Shown: piece after piece, positions 31,107-40,870 of the stretch | Numbering within the stretch: the first letter of the stretch is position 1 | Layout of the letters: each line of letters opens with the position of its first letter | DNA from: an uncultured Verrucomicrobiae bacterium | Lineage (GTDB): Bacteria > Verrucomicrobiota > Verrucomicrobiia > Limisphaerales > Palsa-1400 | NCBI GenBank assembly: GCA_963707025.1 | Contig: CAVPOM010000005.1 | Span: forward strand, 512,001-576,000 | Direction: 5' to 3' | DNA: 64,000 nucleotides | Notes under the pieces: model-generated | Seen by the model: only the letters and a program-made list of their open reading frames with translations | The model's database searches: none | Told to the model about the DNA's origin: nothing | Position numbers and translations under genes: made by a program

Positions 31107-31244
31107 TTATTGAAGAGTGACCAGCACCAGCACCATGCCCTGGCCTGCGCTCAATCCCGTCATCGCTTTGCCCAGAATCGCACCCTGGGCTCGGACGTGG
31201 TCGGTGACTTTCATGGCCCGGCCCGGAGTGCTGGAAGTGGTCAG
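31107..31244 (-). pseudogene. C-terminal remnant of a fibre protein (chaperone tail)
   Basis: 'LTTSSTPGRAMKVTDHVRAQGAILGKAMTGLSAGQGMVLVLVTLQ' closely matches the ends of 33090 and 38337. Confidence 0.85.
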
Positions 31245-31321
31245 CGTAATCAACCGCGGCGAAATTAGGAGCGGGACGATTTTATTCAGGACGATCATAA
31301 ATTGGCATCAAGTTGATTTGT

Positions 31322-33061
31322 CTATTGACCAATGGTGGCCGTGCCACCAACCGCCACAATCGTCATGGCTTTGGTAATTGTCGGGGTTTCACTGCTCGAC
31401 CCGTTGCCTTTGATGGCAATTGTTCCACCGACAGCAACAGCGCTTATTCCCTGCGCCAGAGTCGAGTATGGATTGGCGAAGGTGCCGAACTGGAAAATCC
31501 CAGCGTAGTTGAAATCCACCCAGACCGGCCCAATAAACGGCACTGGGTCGGAGGCGATGCCATTGGCCACCACCACCATGGAATAGCTACCCTGTGGCAG
31601 GTTAGGTGACGCCAGGAATTCTGTGGTCACAATATTGGTTCCAGTCTGGACTCCGGTGCTGCTCCAGTTGAAAGTTCGCCCGTAATATACATTGCCGTTC
31701 GCATCGGTCATGCGAACCAAAGGATAATTGCTGTCCATTTGCGCGTCATCACCGTACGCAGCGCCCTCGGAAATGCCGTTAAGCCCAGTGCCGGTCAGCA
31801 GATAAGAACCGTCTGAATTCAAAGCGACGCTGATGATGGCGGGCTTCCCGGCGGCCAAAGGGCCGGAGCCAGGTGTGTAAACGTACAGGTCGGAACCTTG
31901 ATGGGCGTATAACACGGTTCCGTCCGGAAGATCGAGCATGGTGGTTTGGAAAGTGGCAACGTTATCTGATGAGCCGGGCGTCGGATTGCCAGGAGCCGGG
32001 ATATTGGTGTTAAACGAATTTGCGGCGTAGTCATATTCATAAAAAAATGTTGGCGCGTTGTAATCTAAGTAATTGCCGACGGCGCACAAAATCTTTCCAT
32101 TGACCATCATGGCTCCACTGGAGTCAGCAGTTCCCAAGCCGTTCGGAATGACTGGGCCATCCGTCCAACTGCCAAAATTGGTGCTTCCGGAAGGGGTGTA
32201 AATGGCCGTTACAGGCGGCCCACCAATAAAAAACACATTCCCATTTGGAAGCAGAAAGCCCGGCCCGATTTCCCCCAAAGCTAAGGAGAATAACTGCTCC
32301 GGCAAGTCTTCGTCATCAATCCATTCGCCAAGAGGCGCGTTCAATGACGGGATGTAGCGCTGAGATTTCAGATCACCCCGGAGGGTAAGCTCACTGCCAT
32401 CGGAAAGCTTAACCATGCTTTGTTCATCGGCATTAGCGTCGCCCTGAGCCAGTTTCGGCCCAGAGTAGATCGTGTTCGAAGAAGGGTCGAAGATTACTGT
32501 GTAGCCATTTTTGGCCGGTTCTACCGGTGTTATAAGCACTCGGCCGTCCTGCAAAGTGAAAGACATTGAATCAACAAAGCCGTACTCATTGTTCCCTCCA
32601 CTACCTACCACGGGGTTCGTGGTTATCAGACCAGGCGGAACCGGGATGATGGTCCAGGTATTGAGCTGGGGATCGTAAACCTCCGCATTGGTGGTCCCGT
32701 CACCGTACTCCCCTCCCGCCACGAAGACTCTGCCATCGCGCAGAACGTCCGACGAGTACCATGTCCTGTTGCAATGCATGGAAGTGAGATTTGTCCACGA
32801 CCCATTGACATAACTGCCATGTATATCAGGTGTCAACTTGTACCATGCATTTCCGATGTCGCCGGTAGTGCCATCGTTATTTGCGGCCATGACCGTGCCA
32901 TCCGGCATCAACAACATCAAACAAACCGCACCCGGTGCGGGGTTTGCCAGTTGAGTCCAGGTTCCCGCTATCGCAAGCGAGGGAAGCAGCAGTGCGAAGA
33001 AAATCAGCGCCTGTCCATTCAATCGGACCACGTCGCGAAAGGTTGAGTAATATTTTCTCAT
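31322..33061 (-). CDS. Secreted Kelch/beta-propeller protein with the C-terminal module shared with the adjacent S53 peptidases
   Basis: Signal peptide; 'LRDGRVFVAGGEY...AEVYDP..NTW', 'LLPNGNVFFIGG' repeats; tail 'VWVDFNY...PYSTLAQGISAV..GGTI...SSSETPTITKAMTI'. Confidence 0.85.
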   Translation of the reverse strand: MRKYYSTFRDVVRLNGQALIFFALLLPSLAIAGTWTQLANPAPGAVCLMLLMPDGTVMAANNDGTTGDIGNAWYKLTPDIHGSYVNGSWTNLTSMHCNRTWYSSDVLRDGRVFVAGGEYGDGTTNAEVYDPQLNTWTIIPVPPGLITTNPVVGSGGNNEYGFVDSMSFTLQDGRVLITPVEPAKNGYTVIFDPSSNTIYSGPKLAQGDANADEQSMVKLSDGSELTLRGDLKSQRYIPSLNAPLGEWIDDEDLPEQLFSLALGEIGPGFLLPNGNVFFIGGPPVTAIYTPSGSTNFGSWTDGPVIPNGLGTADSSGAMMVNGKILCAVGNYLDYNAPTFFYEYDYAANSFNTNIPAPGNPTPGSSDNVATFQTTMLDLPDGTVLYAHQGSDLYVYTPGSGPLAAGKPAIISVALNSDGSYLLTGTGLNGISEGAAYGDDAQMDSNYPLVRMTDANGNVYYGRTFNWSSTGVQTGTNIVTTEFLASPNLPQGSYSMVVVANGIASDPVPFIGPVWVDFNYAGIFQFGTFANPYSTLAQGISAVAVGGTIAIKGNGSSSETPTITKAMTIVAVGGTATIGQ

Positions 33062-33089
33062 GGGTTTATTTTTAGAGCGGACATCGTGA

Positions 33090-35672
33090 TTATTGCAGCG
33101 TGACCAGCACGAGCACCATGCCCTGGCCTTCCTGCAGTGTGGACATGGCCTTGCCGAGGATCGCGCCAGCGGCTCTGGCGTGGTCGGTCACTTTCATGGC
33201 CCGGCCCGGCATGCTTGAAGTGGTCAGCAAGTCGCCCGGTTCGATGGCCCCGTTGGAGGCGTCGGCTTGAACATAAACACGCCCGGTCAGGGCCACATTC
33301 CTTCCGCCTTCGAGCAAGCCCTGCTGCTGCATCCTGATTCCAGGTTTGATTCCGTTGGCGCCGCTGACGACGCCAGCCACACGGGTGTCATACGGTCGGT
33401 CGGTTAATTTCAACTGACCTGGATGCGCCGCGTCAATCACCACCACCGCGCCTTCGGTAACCGGCTGCTCCCCCGCAGAGATCGAAAACGGCTCCGCCAG
33501 GTCGGAACCACCGGTAATGATGATTTCTGTACAGGTAACTGAAGTGCATATCGGACTTTGAATCGTCCCGGCAATGAAGGTCTTGGTCTGGTCGGCGCCA
33601 ATGCGGATGACGGCGCTATCCGTGGAAGCGCCCAGACTGCCGATATAGATATTGTCGCTGCCACTGCTGAGACTAACGCCCGCGCCGAAACCGATTGCGA
33701 TATTGAAATCACCACTCTTATTGCCAGAAAGCGCAGACTCCCCAACAGCCGTGTTGTATACTCCACTCGTATTGGCAGAAAGCGCAGAATCGCCAATGGC
33801 CGTGTTGTATTCGCCACTCGTGTTGGCGGCAAGCGCCAAATAGCCGTTGGCCGTGTTGCCATAGCCGACGGTGGTTAACTGGAGGGCTTGATAACCGATG
33901 GCCGTGTTCTCACCGTTGTCCGAAGTACTGCCTTGAGCATAAGCATTGTCGTTCTCAAGAGCATGATAGCCAATGGCCACGAGTTGATTGTCATTCGTGC
34001 AATTCCCCAGCGCCAGATCGCCCAAGGCCACGTTTTGATAGCCAACTTGATTCAATTTCATCGCATCATGACCCATGGCCGTGTTCTGGTAGCCGCTCGT
34101 GTTGTTGTTAAGCACATTATAGCCATCGGCCGTGTTGAAATAGCCGCTCGAGTTGGCGTAAAGCGCTTCGTAACCATTGGCCGTGTTGTTGTAGCCGCTG
34201 GTGTTGGACAGGAGCGCCCAGTAGCCATTGGCCACATTATTTGAGCCGGTCGAGTTGTTATACAATGCCTCATAGCCCAAGGCCGTGTTGTCGTTGCCGA
34301 CGGTGTTGTTTCCCAGAGCGCCGGCACCCACCGCCGCGTTGAATGAGCCACCGCCGTTCTGCGAAAGAGCGGCATAGCCAAGCCCCGTGTTAGCGGCACC
34401 GGTGGTGGTAAAATTACCGGCGAACGGCCCGGCGTAGAAGTCAAAGTCGTTGTCGGCAATTAAAAGTCTGTTGCCGCCGTAATAAATGGCGGCCGGCCCC
34501 GGCCCCGGCAAATTCAGATTGCCGCCGACCGTCACACTGCCAAAGGTCACGCTCGGTTCGTTGTTCGTCACCAGGCCGGCTGGCAATTGCGTTGATGAAA
34601 AAGCGCCGGTTAAATTTGTTGCGTTGAGATTGGTCAGGCCCGCGCCGTTGCCGGTGACGACGCCGGCAATCAACGCCTGGGTCTGGCCGGTGCCAATGCG
34701 GATGATATTGGTGTCCGTGGCCAGGCCCATGTTCCCAATGTCAATGTTGGAACTGCCGGTGGTGATATTGTAACCGGCTTGGTAGCCCAGCGCGATGTTG
34801 TAGCTGCCGAGACCGTTGAGGCTGTAAAGCGACTGATAGCCGTTGGCCGTGTTGTAGCTGCCGGTGCCGTTGGACCAGAGCGCATATTCGCCAATGGCCA
34901 CATTGAACGAGCCGCTCGAGTTGTTGCCCAGCGCCAAGGCGCCGAAGGCGGAGTTGTTTTCGCCGACGCTGTTCATATACATCGCCAAATAGCCAACGGC
35001 CGTATTTTGGTAGCCGCTGCTGTTGTTGATTAGCGCCAAATAGCCGACCGCTGTGTTGTCGTAGCCAATCATGTTGTCGTAAAGCGCCTGGAAGCCATAG
35101 GCCGTGTTGGCGTTGCCAGTCGTGTTTCTGCTAAACGCCTGAAAGCCATCCGCCGTGTTGTAGGAGCCGCTCATCGTCGAATTGCCCGACGGACCGACGA
35201 AGAAGTTCTCACTAAGAGTGTAGTTGGTATTGCCGATGCTTGTCAATTGAGAGGCCGACAAGGTGCCGCTCAAATTGCTGGAGTTTTCCGCATAAATTGC
35301 ATACGGCACGGGCGTCAGTTCCTGACGCGGCGTCAACGGGGTGAAACTGCTGACGCCATTGCTTTCCACGCCAATCTGCAACCAGTCGGTCGCGCCAGTG
35401 AACACACCAGAGCCAAAATCAATCAGCACCGTGAACAGGCCGTTGGTGACAATGACGGCGTTGTTGGTCACCGGCCCGGCCATGGCGACACCGCCGGTGT
35501 TGGTGTTGAACAGCGAGAAGGTCAGATTATAGGTGCCGCTGGCCGGACTACCGTTGTCTTGGAGCTGGCCTTGATAGGTGAAGGCCGTGCCCTGGGCGAG
35601 CACCGGCTGGATGGAGAGGAGCAGGCCGCCCAAAGCGGCCGCGGGCGCGAGACGCGCCAACAGGTTTTTCAT
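33090..35672 (-). CDS. Secreted fibre-like protein: conserved N-domain, 14-aa YadA-head-like repeats, peptidase-G2-like chaperone tail
   Basis: Signal peptide then '[11 protein letters not shown]...NGLFTV.IDFG...PVPYAIYA'; tandem 'YNTAxGxxALxxNxxG'; 'GGSDLAEPF...GDLLTTS..PG.AMK'. Start at ATG 35672. Confidence 0.8.
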   Translation of the reverse strand: MKNLLARLAPAAALGGLLLSIQPVLAQGTAFTYQGQLQDNGSPASGTYNLTFSLFNTNTGGVAMAGPVTNNAVIVTNGLFTVLIDFGSGVFTGATDWLQIGVESNGVSSFTPLTPRQELTPVPYAIYAENSSNLSGTLSASQLTSIGNTNYTLSENFFVGPSGNSTMSGSYNTADGFQAFSRNTTGNANTAYGFQALYDNMIGYDNTAVGYLALINNSSGYQNTAVGYLAMYMNSVGENNSAFGALALGNNSSGSFNVAIGEYALWSNGTGSYNTANGYQSLYSLNGLGSYNIALGYQAGYNITTGSSNIDIGNMGLATDTNIIRIGTGQTQALIAGVVTGNGAGLTNLNATNLTGAFSSTQLPAGLVTNNEPSVTFGSVTVGGNLNLPGPGPAAIYYGGNRLLIADNDFDFYAGPFAGNFTTTGAANTGLGYAALSQNGGGSFNAAVGAGALGNNTVGNDNTALGYEALYNNSTGSNNVANGYWALLSNTSGYNNTANGYEALYANSSGYFNTADGYNVLNNNTSGYQNTAMGHDAMKLNQVGYQNVALGDLALGNCTNDNQLVAIGYHALENDNAYAQGSTSDNGENTAIGYQALQLTTVGYGNTANGYLALAANTSGEYNTAIGDSALSANTSGVYNTAVGESALSGNKSGDFNIAIGFGAGVSLSSGSDNIYIGSLGASTDSAVIRIGADQTKTFIAGTIQSPICTSVTCTEIIITGGSDLAEPFSISAGEQPVTEGAVVVIDAAHPGQLKLTDRPYDTRVAGVVSGANGIKPGIRMQQQGLLEGGRNVALTGRVYVQADASNGAIEPGDLLTTSSMPGRAMKVTDHARAAGAILGKAMSTLQEGQGMVLVLVTLQ

Positions 35673-35924
35673 AGATTTCGTTTTTGGCTGTGGAGTCGTT
35701 GGACGTGAACGCGGTGTTGCCAGGATTAAAGGCTCACAGCCACGAAACCCGGAATAGTGACAACCCGTCAAATCTCACACACATTGCGCTAATTGCAACC
35801 AGTATCTTTTCTCATTGCCACATTTCCGCATTCTCCATTCTCCGCTTCCTGGCCGCTGGAAACATGCGGCTCCGCCAACGGAGCACGTCAGACTTCCGGC
35901 GTCAGACAGGTGGCGGGAGACGTT

Positions 35925-36377
35925 TTAGGGATGGCTCAGGCGGAAAAAGAGATTTCCCTTCGGTGGCGCGTTGGTCACGCTGTTATTGACGACCGGGCCG
36001 GTGTAGTTGCCCCAAGGGGTCGTGCCGACCTGGCTGTTGGTTTGGAGCGTCCAACCGCTTGAAGGCAAGGGCCAGGAGACGACCGCTTGACCGCCGGAAA
36101 AAGTGATCGTCAACAAGGGCGCGCCGGGTGTTTGCACCACGGCAAGCAAACTCCAGAAGCCGCCCGTCAAGGAATAATTGCCCCCGGCCATCGCCACCCC
36201 GGCGTCGTGCTGGCCGATCGTGCCGCTGACGGAATACTGCCCGTTGCTGCTTGTGCCGCCGCCGCCGCTGATTTTATACCAGCCAATGGAGTATTGTTGG
36301 GCGTGGAGGGCCAGCCCCAGCAGAATCAGCGGCAGGGTGAAAAGGATCATCTTTTTCAAGGTGATGCTACGAGACAT
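35925..36377 (-). CDS. Small secreted fibre-associated protein with a C-terminal F[FY]R module
   Basis: Signal peptide; 'YSIGWYKISGGGGTS...SGTIGQHDAG...LTGGFW'; tail 'VVSWP...WTLQ...GNLFFRLSHP'. Confidence 0.8.
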   Translation of the reverse strand: MSRSITLKKMILFTLPLILLGLALHAQQYSIGWYKISGGGGTSSNGQYSVSGTIGQHDAGVAMAGGNYSLTGGFWSLLAVVQTPGAPLLTITFSGGQAVVSWPLPSSGWTLQTNSQVGTTPWGNYTGPVVNNSVTNAPPKGNLFFRLSHP

Positions 36378-36390
36378 GGGTTTGATGGGG

Positions 36391-38322
36391 TCAATTGCCG
36401 ATGGTGGCCGGGCCGTCCTGGGAGGTGATGGTCATCGGTTTTGAAATGGTCATGGTTTCGGAACTGGAGCCGGCAGTTTCGATGAAGATGGTTCCTCCTG
36501 AAGTGACAGCACTTACGCCGCCCCCCAGGGTGTTAAATGGCTGATAATAACTTCCGGTCTGGGTGCCGGAGTAGTTGAAGTTAACAAAGACGGGGCCGGC
36601 GTATCCGACGAGGGCCTTGATGAGGTCCGCGCCCGCGGGCGATCCCCATCCAGTGCAAAGATCGTAGCCTGGCTTGGCGTAGTAGAGACTTGGGCTGTTG
36701 CTCCATGTATTATTCCCGTTGGTGATGTCGTGGAAACAGGAAGAATACAATGAACCTTCGGCAACGTTGTAGAGGGCGGGGGTGACAAAGCCGACCGGTG
36801 GCAGCCCCTGCTCCGCGGCCTGCTGATTCACCAGGGCCATAAACCCAGCCCAGAGCGGCGCCGCACAGCTTGTGCCAGCTTCGTCCTGGAAAATCCGCAC
36901 TCCGTTGGTGGTAGTAAATACGTCCAGGACACCGTCCGCCGCCGCGGCGACATCCGGAACATTACACTTGGCCGAGGATCCGCCATTGGCGCTCATATCG
37001 ACGGACTGTTGATAAAGCGGGATTGGAATCGGGGTCAGGATTCCGCCGGAGCTGCCGTTCGGACCGCCGCTTGGTCCGCTTTGTCCCCAGACCGTTTCGC
37101 CAGTCCAGGTTCCTCCGTCGTAAGTCAGCACCAATTCCGTACCTCCCACCTGGGTCATATACGGTTGCAGGTCAGCGGCAGAGGCTCCGTTAATATAGGT
37201 TCCTCCGGGACCATTGGGATCAACCGGCAGCGCGCCCTCATCACCCATCGCATAGAAATAGGACTGGCCCTGCACGGCCAATCGGAGGCAACAATTGGAA
37301 GTCGCGCCATCGGTGCCACTCCCATAGGAGGAACTGATCTGGAGAGGCAATGGCTCACCATTGGTCGGATCCGCCATGGAGGTTAAGACGCCATCCAGGT
37401 CACTGTAGTAGCCGTAATAGAAAACCACTTTTTGGAGGCCGGGGGCCATGGAGATGGCCATTTCAATGTCCAGCGACGCCTCCCCATCTCCGTCAAAGGA
37501 AGGAATGTGGGGGTAGCCGTCCACCAGCACCTCCTGCACAGGGACATTCGGCAATCCGGCCGTCGCTTCGTAGGCGAGAATGTCGTTGGTGCTGTAGCCT
37601 TCTTGGAACTCAATCAAGCCGACCACTTGTCCGGAGCCCTCATTGGTCGTGCCAGCGGCGTAAGCATGTCTAAAATCGGAGCCCATCAGTAATTGTTGCC
37701 CATTCGGGTCATAAGAGCCTCCGCCATACTTGGGAGCTTGACTATTGTCGTGAGCATGGGCTTTGGCATGGGGCAATTCATAGTCATTCAAACCGCTGAT
37801 GGCCAGGACCGGGACGGCCAAGTCCAGGGACGGCTCGACATCCGGCGCAAAAAACTGGCGTGCTTCGGTTGGGTGCTGATACAGGCGCAGCGTCAGATGA
37901 AAGGTCTTTTCAACGTCCGCCACCGCGCCCTCAACACTGACCAGGGTGCGGCCCGGATTGGTGTGAGTCACGGTCAAGCCGTTGGCCTTGACAAATTGGA
38001 TGACGGCCTGAAAATCCGCTTCTGTCGGCCCGAACCTCTCATTGAACTGCGCTGGAGTCAGATAGTGGCGGAAATTCGGGCTGGCCGGGTCGTAAATCCC
38101 CTTGAGCAACTGGCCCAGCGCTTCATTATTGCGCAGCGGCAGACTTATCCCGAGGTGCAGAAGATTGGTGGCCGCCAGCCGGCCCAGCGGCTGCAAGTTG
38201 CGCTGGGCCACGGCGGCCGGCACATGGCCTTGCAGCACTTGTCTTTCCGCCGCCGCCAGGGAAGCGACCGACAGAAAGAGCAGTGCCAGGCTGGTGGCCA
38301 TTTGCGAGAGTGTCTTCTTCAT
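36391..38322 (-). CDS. Secreted S53 peptidase with the shared C-terminal module
   Basis: Pro-domain; 'EASLD', 'GDEG', 'AGTSCAAP', 'GYDLCTGWGSP'; tail 'VFVNFNY...PFNTL..GVSAV..GGTI...SSSETMTISKPMTI'. Confidence 0.92.
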   Translation of the reverse strand: MKKTLSQMATSLALLFLSVASLAAAERQVLQGHVPAAVAQRNLQPLGRLAATNLLHLGISLPLRNNEALGQLLKGIYDPASPNFRHYLTPAQFNERFGPTEADFQAVIQFVKANGLTVTHTNPGRTLVSVEGAVADVEKTFHLTLRLYQHPTEARQFFAPDVEPSLDLAVPVLAISGLNDYELPHAKAHAHDNSQAPKYGGGSYDPNGQQLLMGSDFRHAYAAGTTNEGSGQVVGLIEFQEGYSTNDILAYEATAGLPNVPVQEVLVDGYPHIPSFDGDGEASLDIEMAISMAPGLQKVVFYYGYYSDLDGVLTSMADPTNGEPLPLQISSSYGSGTDGATSNCCLRLAVQGQSYFYAMGDEGALPVDPNGPGGTYINGASAADLQPYMTQVGGTELVLTYDGGTWTGETVWGQSGPSGGPNGSSGGILTPIPIPLYQQSVDMSANGGSSAKCNVPDVAAAADGVLDVFTTTNGVRIFQDEAGTSCAAPLWAGFMALVNQQAAEQGLPPVGFVTPALYNVAEGSLYSSCFHDITNGNNTWSNSPSLYYAKPGYDLCTGWGSPAGADLIKALVGYAGPVFVNFNYSGTQTGSYYQPFNTLGGGVSAVTSGGTIFIETAGSSSETMTISKPMTITSQDGPATIGN

Positions 38323-38336
38323 GATTTTCGCCTCCG

Positions 38337-40460
38337 TTATTGCAAGGTGACCAGAACCAGCACCATGCCTTTGCCTTGGTTTAGCCCCGTCATGGCTTTG
38401 CCCAGAATCGCGCCCTGGGCCCTGGCGTGGTCGCTGACCTTCATGGCGTGGCCGGGGGTTGCGGAGGTCGTCAACAAATCACCCGGATTGATGGCGCCGT
38501 TGGCCGCGTCGGCCAGGACGTAAACCCGTCCGGTGAGAGCGACGTTTTTGCCGCCTTCGAGCAAGCCTTGCTGTTGCATCTGGATGCCGGGATTGACGCC
38601 GTTGGCGCCACTGAGAACGCCCGCCACGCGGGTGTCGTAGGGTTGGCTGCTCACTCGCAAATGCCCTGGATGGTCCTGGTCAATCACCACCACCGAGCCT
38701 GGGGGAAATTGGCCGGAAGGGCTTGAAACCGCAAACGGCTCGGCCAGGTCGGAACCGCCTTCGATGGTAATGGAACTGCAAAAGATATGCATGTAGGTGC
38801 TGTTGCCCCAGTTGTAAAAGGCGACGTTGGCGATGCTGCTGTTCATGCTGCCGATCTGCACGTCGCTGCCCGAACCATTGCCGCCGATGTAGGCGTCTAT
38901 GGGGCCGGCCCCGTTGAACGCGTTGGCCCCGGTTATTTGCGCGAAATTGCCGCGCACGGTCAGGGAGTCGGCGGAGAAGTTGTTGCTGACCCAGACATTG
39001 CCCGTATAGTCCCAACTCAAACTGATCTCATTCGGTGCAACGGTGCCCAGCGACCCGCCATTGAAACCGTAAAGAAACGGGCCAGCTCCGCCGGGGACTG
39101 CAATCAGCCCGGTTGTGTCATAGACCAGTCCGTTATCCGTGTCGCCTCCGTCCAATGCAATGGTGCCGGCAACGTAAGTCGCGGTTTGGACGCCCGGCGT
39201 GCCGAGACGGATGATGCTGTTATCGCCGGAAGATCCCGCGTTGCCGATGTCAATGTTGTTATTGCCGTTGAGGATGTTGTAACCCGCCTGATAACCCAAG
39301 GCGATATTGCCGCTGCCGCTCGAGTTGGCCAGGAGCGCCAGAGAGCCATCAGCGGTGTTGCGGGAGCCGGTCGTGTTCTGCCAAAGCGCTTGAAAGCCAT
39401 TGGCCACGTTATTGGAGCCGGTCGAGTTGTTTTCCAGCGCCTGAGCGCCACTGGCGGTGTCGAAGGTGCCGGCCGTGTTGACATTCAGCGCGAAGGCCCC
39501 GCTGGCGGTGTTGTAAGAGCCGGAAGTGTTGCCATATAAGGCCCGATAGCCGGTGCCGGTGTCTTGAAAGCCGGTGGTGTTGGCGAGAAGCGCCTGGGAA
39601 CCGACGGCGGTGTCCTGACTTTGATTGGTATTATTAAGCAACGCCTGAAAACCGACAGCCACGTTGTTGCCACCGGTGGTATTGAAGAAAAGCGCCCCCG
39701 CGCCATCCGCCGTGTTCTGGAAGCCGTTGGTGTTGGAGAAAAGCGCATCGGTGCCGGTGGCCGTGTTGTTGGCGCCGGTGGTGTTGGCGACAAGCGCATC
39801 AAAGCCAACGGCGGTGTTGTCCGCGCCGCTGGTGTTGGCGAAAAGCGCGCCCGCGCCATCGGCCGTGTTGTAGGAGCCGTTGGTGTTGGCGGAAAGCGCG
39901 CCCACGCCTTGAGCCGTGTTGTAGGAGCCGGTGGTGACGGAGAAAAGCGTGCCAAAACCCACCCCCGTGTTTTCAGACCCGCTCAGCGCGGAATTGCCGG
40001 AATTCTGACCGGCAAAGAAGTTCAGCGATCCATAATTGTTCAGCAGAGCGGTGGAGCCGGCACTCTCGGCGTAAATGGCGTAAGGGCTGGGCGTCAATTC
40101 CACGCGTGGACTCAAGGGCGTGAAAGTCGCGCCGGCGCCGTTGGTGCGCACGCCGATTTGCAGCCAGTAGGACGTGCCGTCAAAGACAGCGCCAAAGTCC
40201 ATGGTGATGATGAACAGCCCGTTGCTGACGGGCACGGCCAAATTGGTGTAGAGCACACTGGCCAGAACCCCGCCGGTGCTGGCGGGGTAGAGACTGGTGC
40301 GAATGTCGTAAAGCCCGTTGGCCGGGGCGCCGGAGTCCATCAACTGGCCTTCATAGGCGAACGCCGTGCCCTGGGCGAAAGCGCTGGAGAGTTGTGAGTT
40401 GAGAGTGGCCAGCGCCAGCAAGGCCAGCGCGCTGGACCAGCGGGGTGATCTGGTTTTCAT
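38337..40460 (-). CDS. Secreted fibre-like protein with YadA-head-like repeats and peptidase-G2-like tail
   Basis: Same N-domain and 'GGSDLAEPF...VLVLVTLQ' tail as 33090, with a different middle. Start at ATG 40460. Confidence 0.8.
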   Translation of the reverse strand: MKTRSPRWSSALALLALATLNSQLSSAFAQGTAFAYEGQLMDSGAPANGLYDIRTSLYPASTGGVLASVLYTNLAVPVSNGLFIITMDFGAVFDGTSYWLQIGVRTNGAGATFTPLSPRVELTPSPYAIYAESAGSTALLNNYGSLNFFAGQNSGNSALSGSENTGVGFGTLFSVTTGSYNTAQGVGALSANTNGSYNTADGAGALFANTSGADNTAVGFDALVANTTGANNTATGTDALFSNTNGFQNTADGAGALFFNTTGGNNVAVGFQALLNNTNQSQDTAVGSQALLANTTGFQDTGTGYRALYGNTSGSYNTASGAFALNVNTAGTFDTASGAQALENNSTGSNNVANGFQALWQNTTGSRNTADGSLALLANSSGSGNIALGYQAGYNILNGNNNIDIGNAGSSGDNSIIRLGTPGVQTATYVAGTIALDGGDTDNGLVYDTTGLIAVPGGAGPFLYGFNGGSLGTVAPNEISLSWDYTGNVWVSNNFSADSLTVRGNFAQITGANAFNGAGPIDAYIGGNGSGSDVQIGSMNSSIANVAFYNWGNSTYMHIFCSSITIEGGSDLAEPFAVSSPSGQFPPGSVVVIDQDHPGHLRVSSQPYDTRVAGVLSGANGVNPGIQMQQQGLLEGGKNVALTGRVYVLADAANGAINPGDLLTTSATPGHAMKVSDHARAQGAILGKAMTGLNQGKGMVLVLVTLQ

Positions 40461-40534
40461 AAGCGATTCAGGGTTCAGTCCGCCTCGGGAGGGCGACAGC
40501 CTCAAGAGGGCGGCGATTAACTGCTTGAGTTTTC

Positions 40535-40569
40535 ATCCTACCATTCACCCAAGTTAAGGTCAACTTAAA
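40535..40569 (-). promoter_or_regulatory. Sigma70 promoter with a direct-repeat regulator box, copy A
   Basis: TTGACC-17 bp-TAGGAT with an extended TG; TTTAAG-N5-CTTAAC overlaps the -35. Confidence 0.7.
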
Positions 40570-40723
40570 AAGCGCATTAGCCATTGGCCAAACGCTGAAA
40601 CCGCGTTGCGCCGCGGGAACAGCCACGCCGGGTCTGGTCCAAAGGTTGATCCGGGCAGGCCAAATCTGAGTGGCTGTCAATTTGCTCAAGCGGCCTGAGC
40701 CGACGCCACCTTCTTCGCAGGAT

Positions 40724-40870
40724 GCCGCCGCCGCTGATTTAATACCAGCCAATCGAGTATTACCGCCCCAAAGCCCGAAGGCAGAAGCAACTTTGCAGAA
40801 GCAGGACACACAGCAGCAGCTTCGCCGCCGGCCATCCGCCATTTCCAATCTTCAATCCTCGCGCGTTCAT
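40724..40870 (-). pseudogene. Nonsense-inactivated remnant of the small secreted partner
   Basis: ATG overlaps the upstream stop; reads signal peptide then 'R*YSIGWY*ISGGG', with two TAA codons where the paralogue has Q and K. Confidence 0.75.

Noticed and set aside
31107..38480. DGR template/variable repeat among the three near-identical fibre tails
   Set aside because: No reverse transcriptase in the window, and the differences do not appear confined to adenines; simple paralogy explains them.
33090..40460. Classical trimeric autotransporter (YadA-type)
   Set aside because: Head-like repeats are present but there is no C-terminal membrane-anchor barrel; the tail is a chaperone-like domain.
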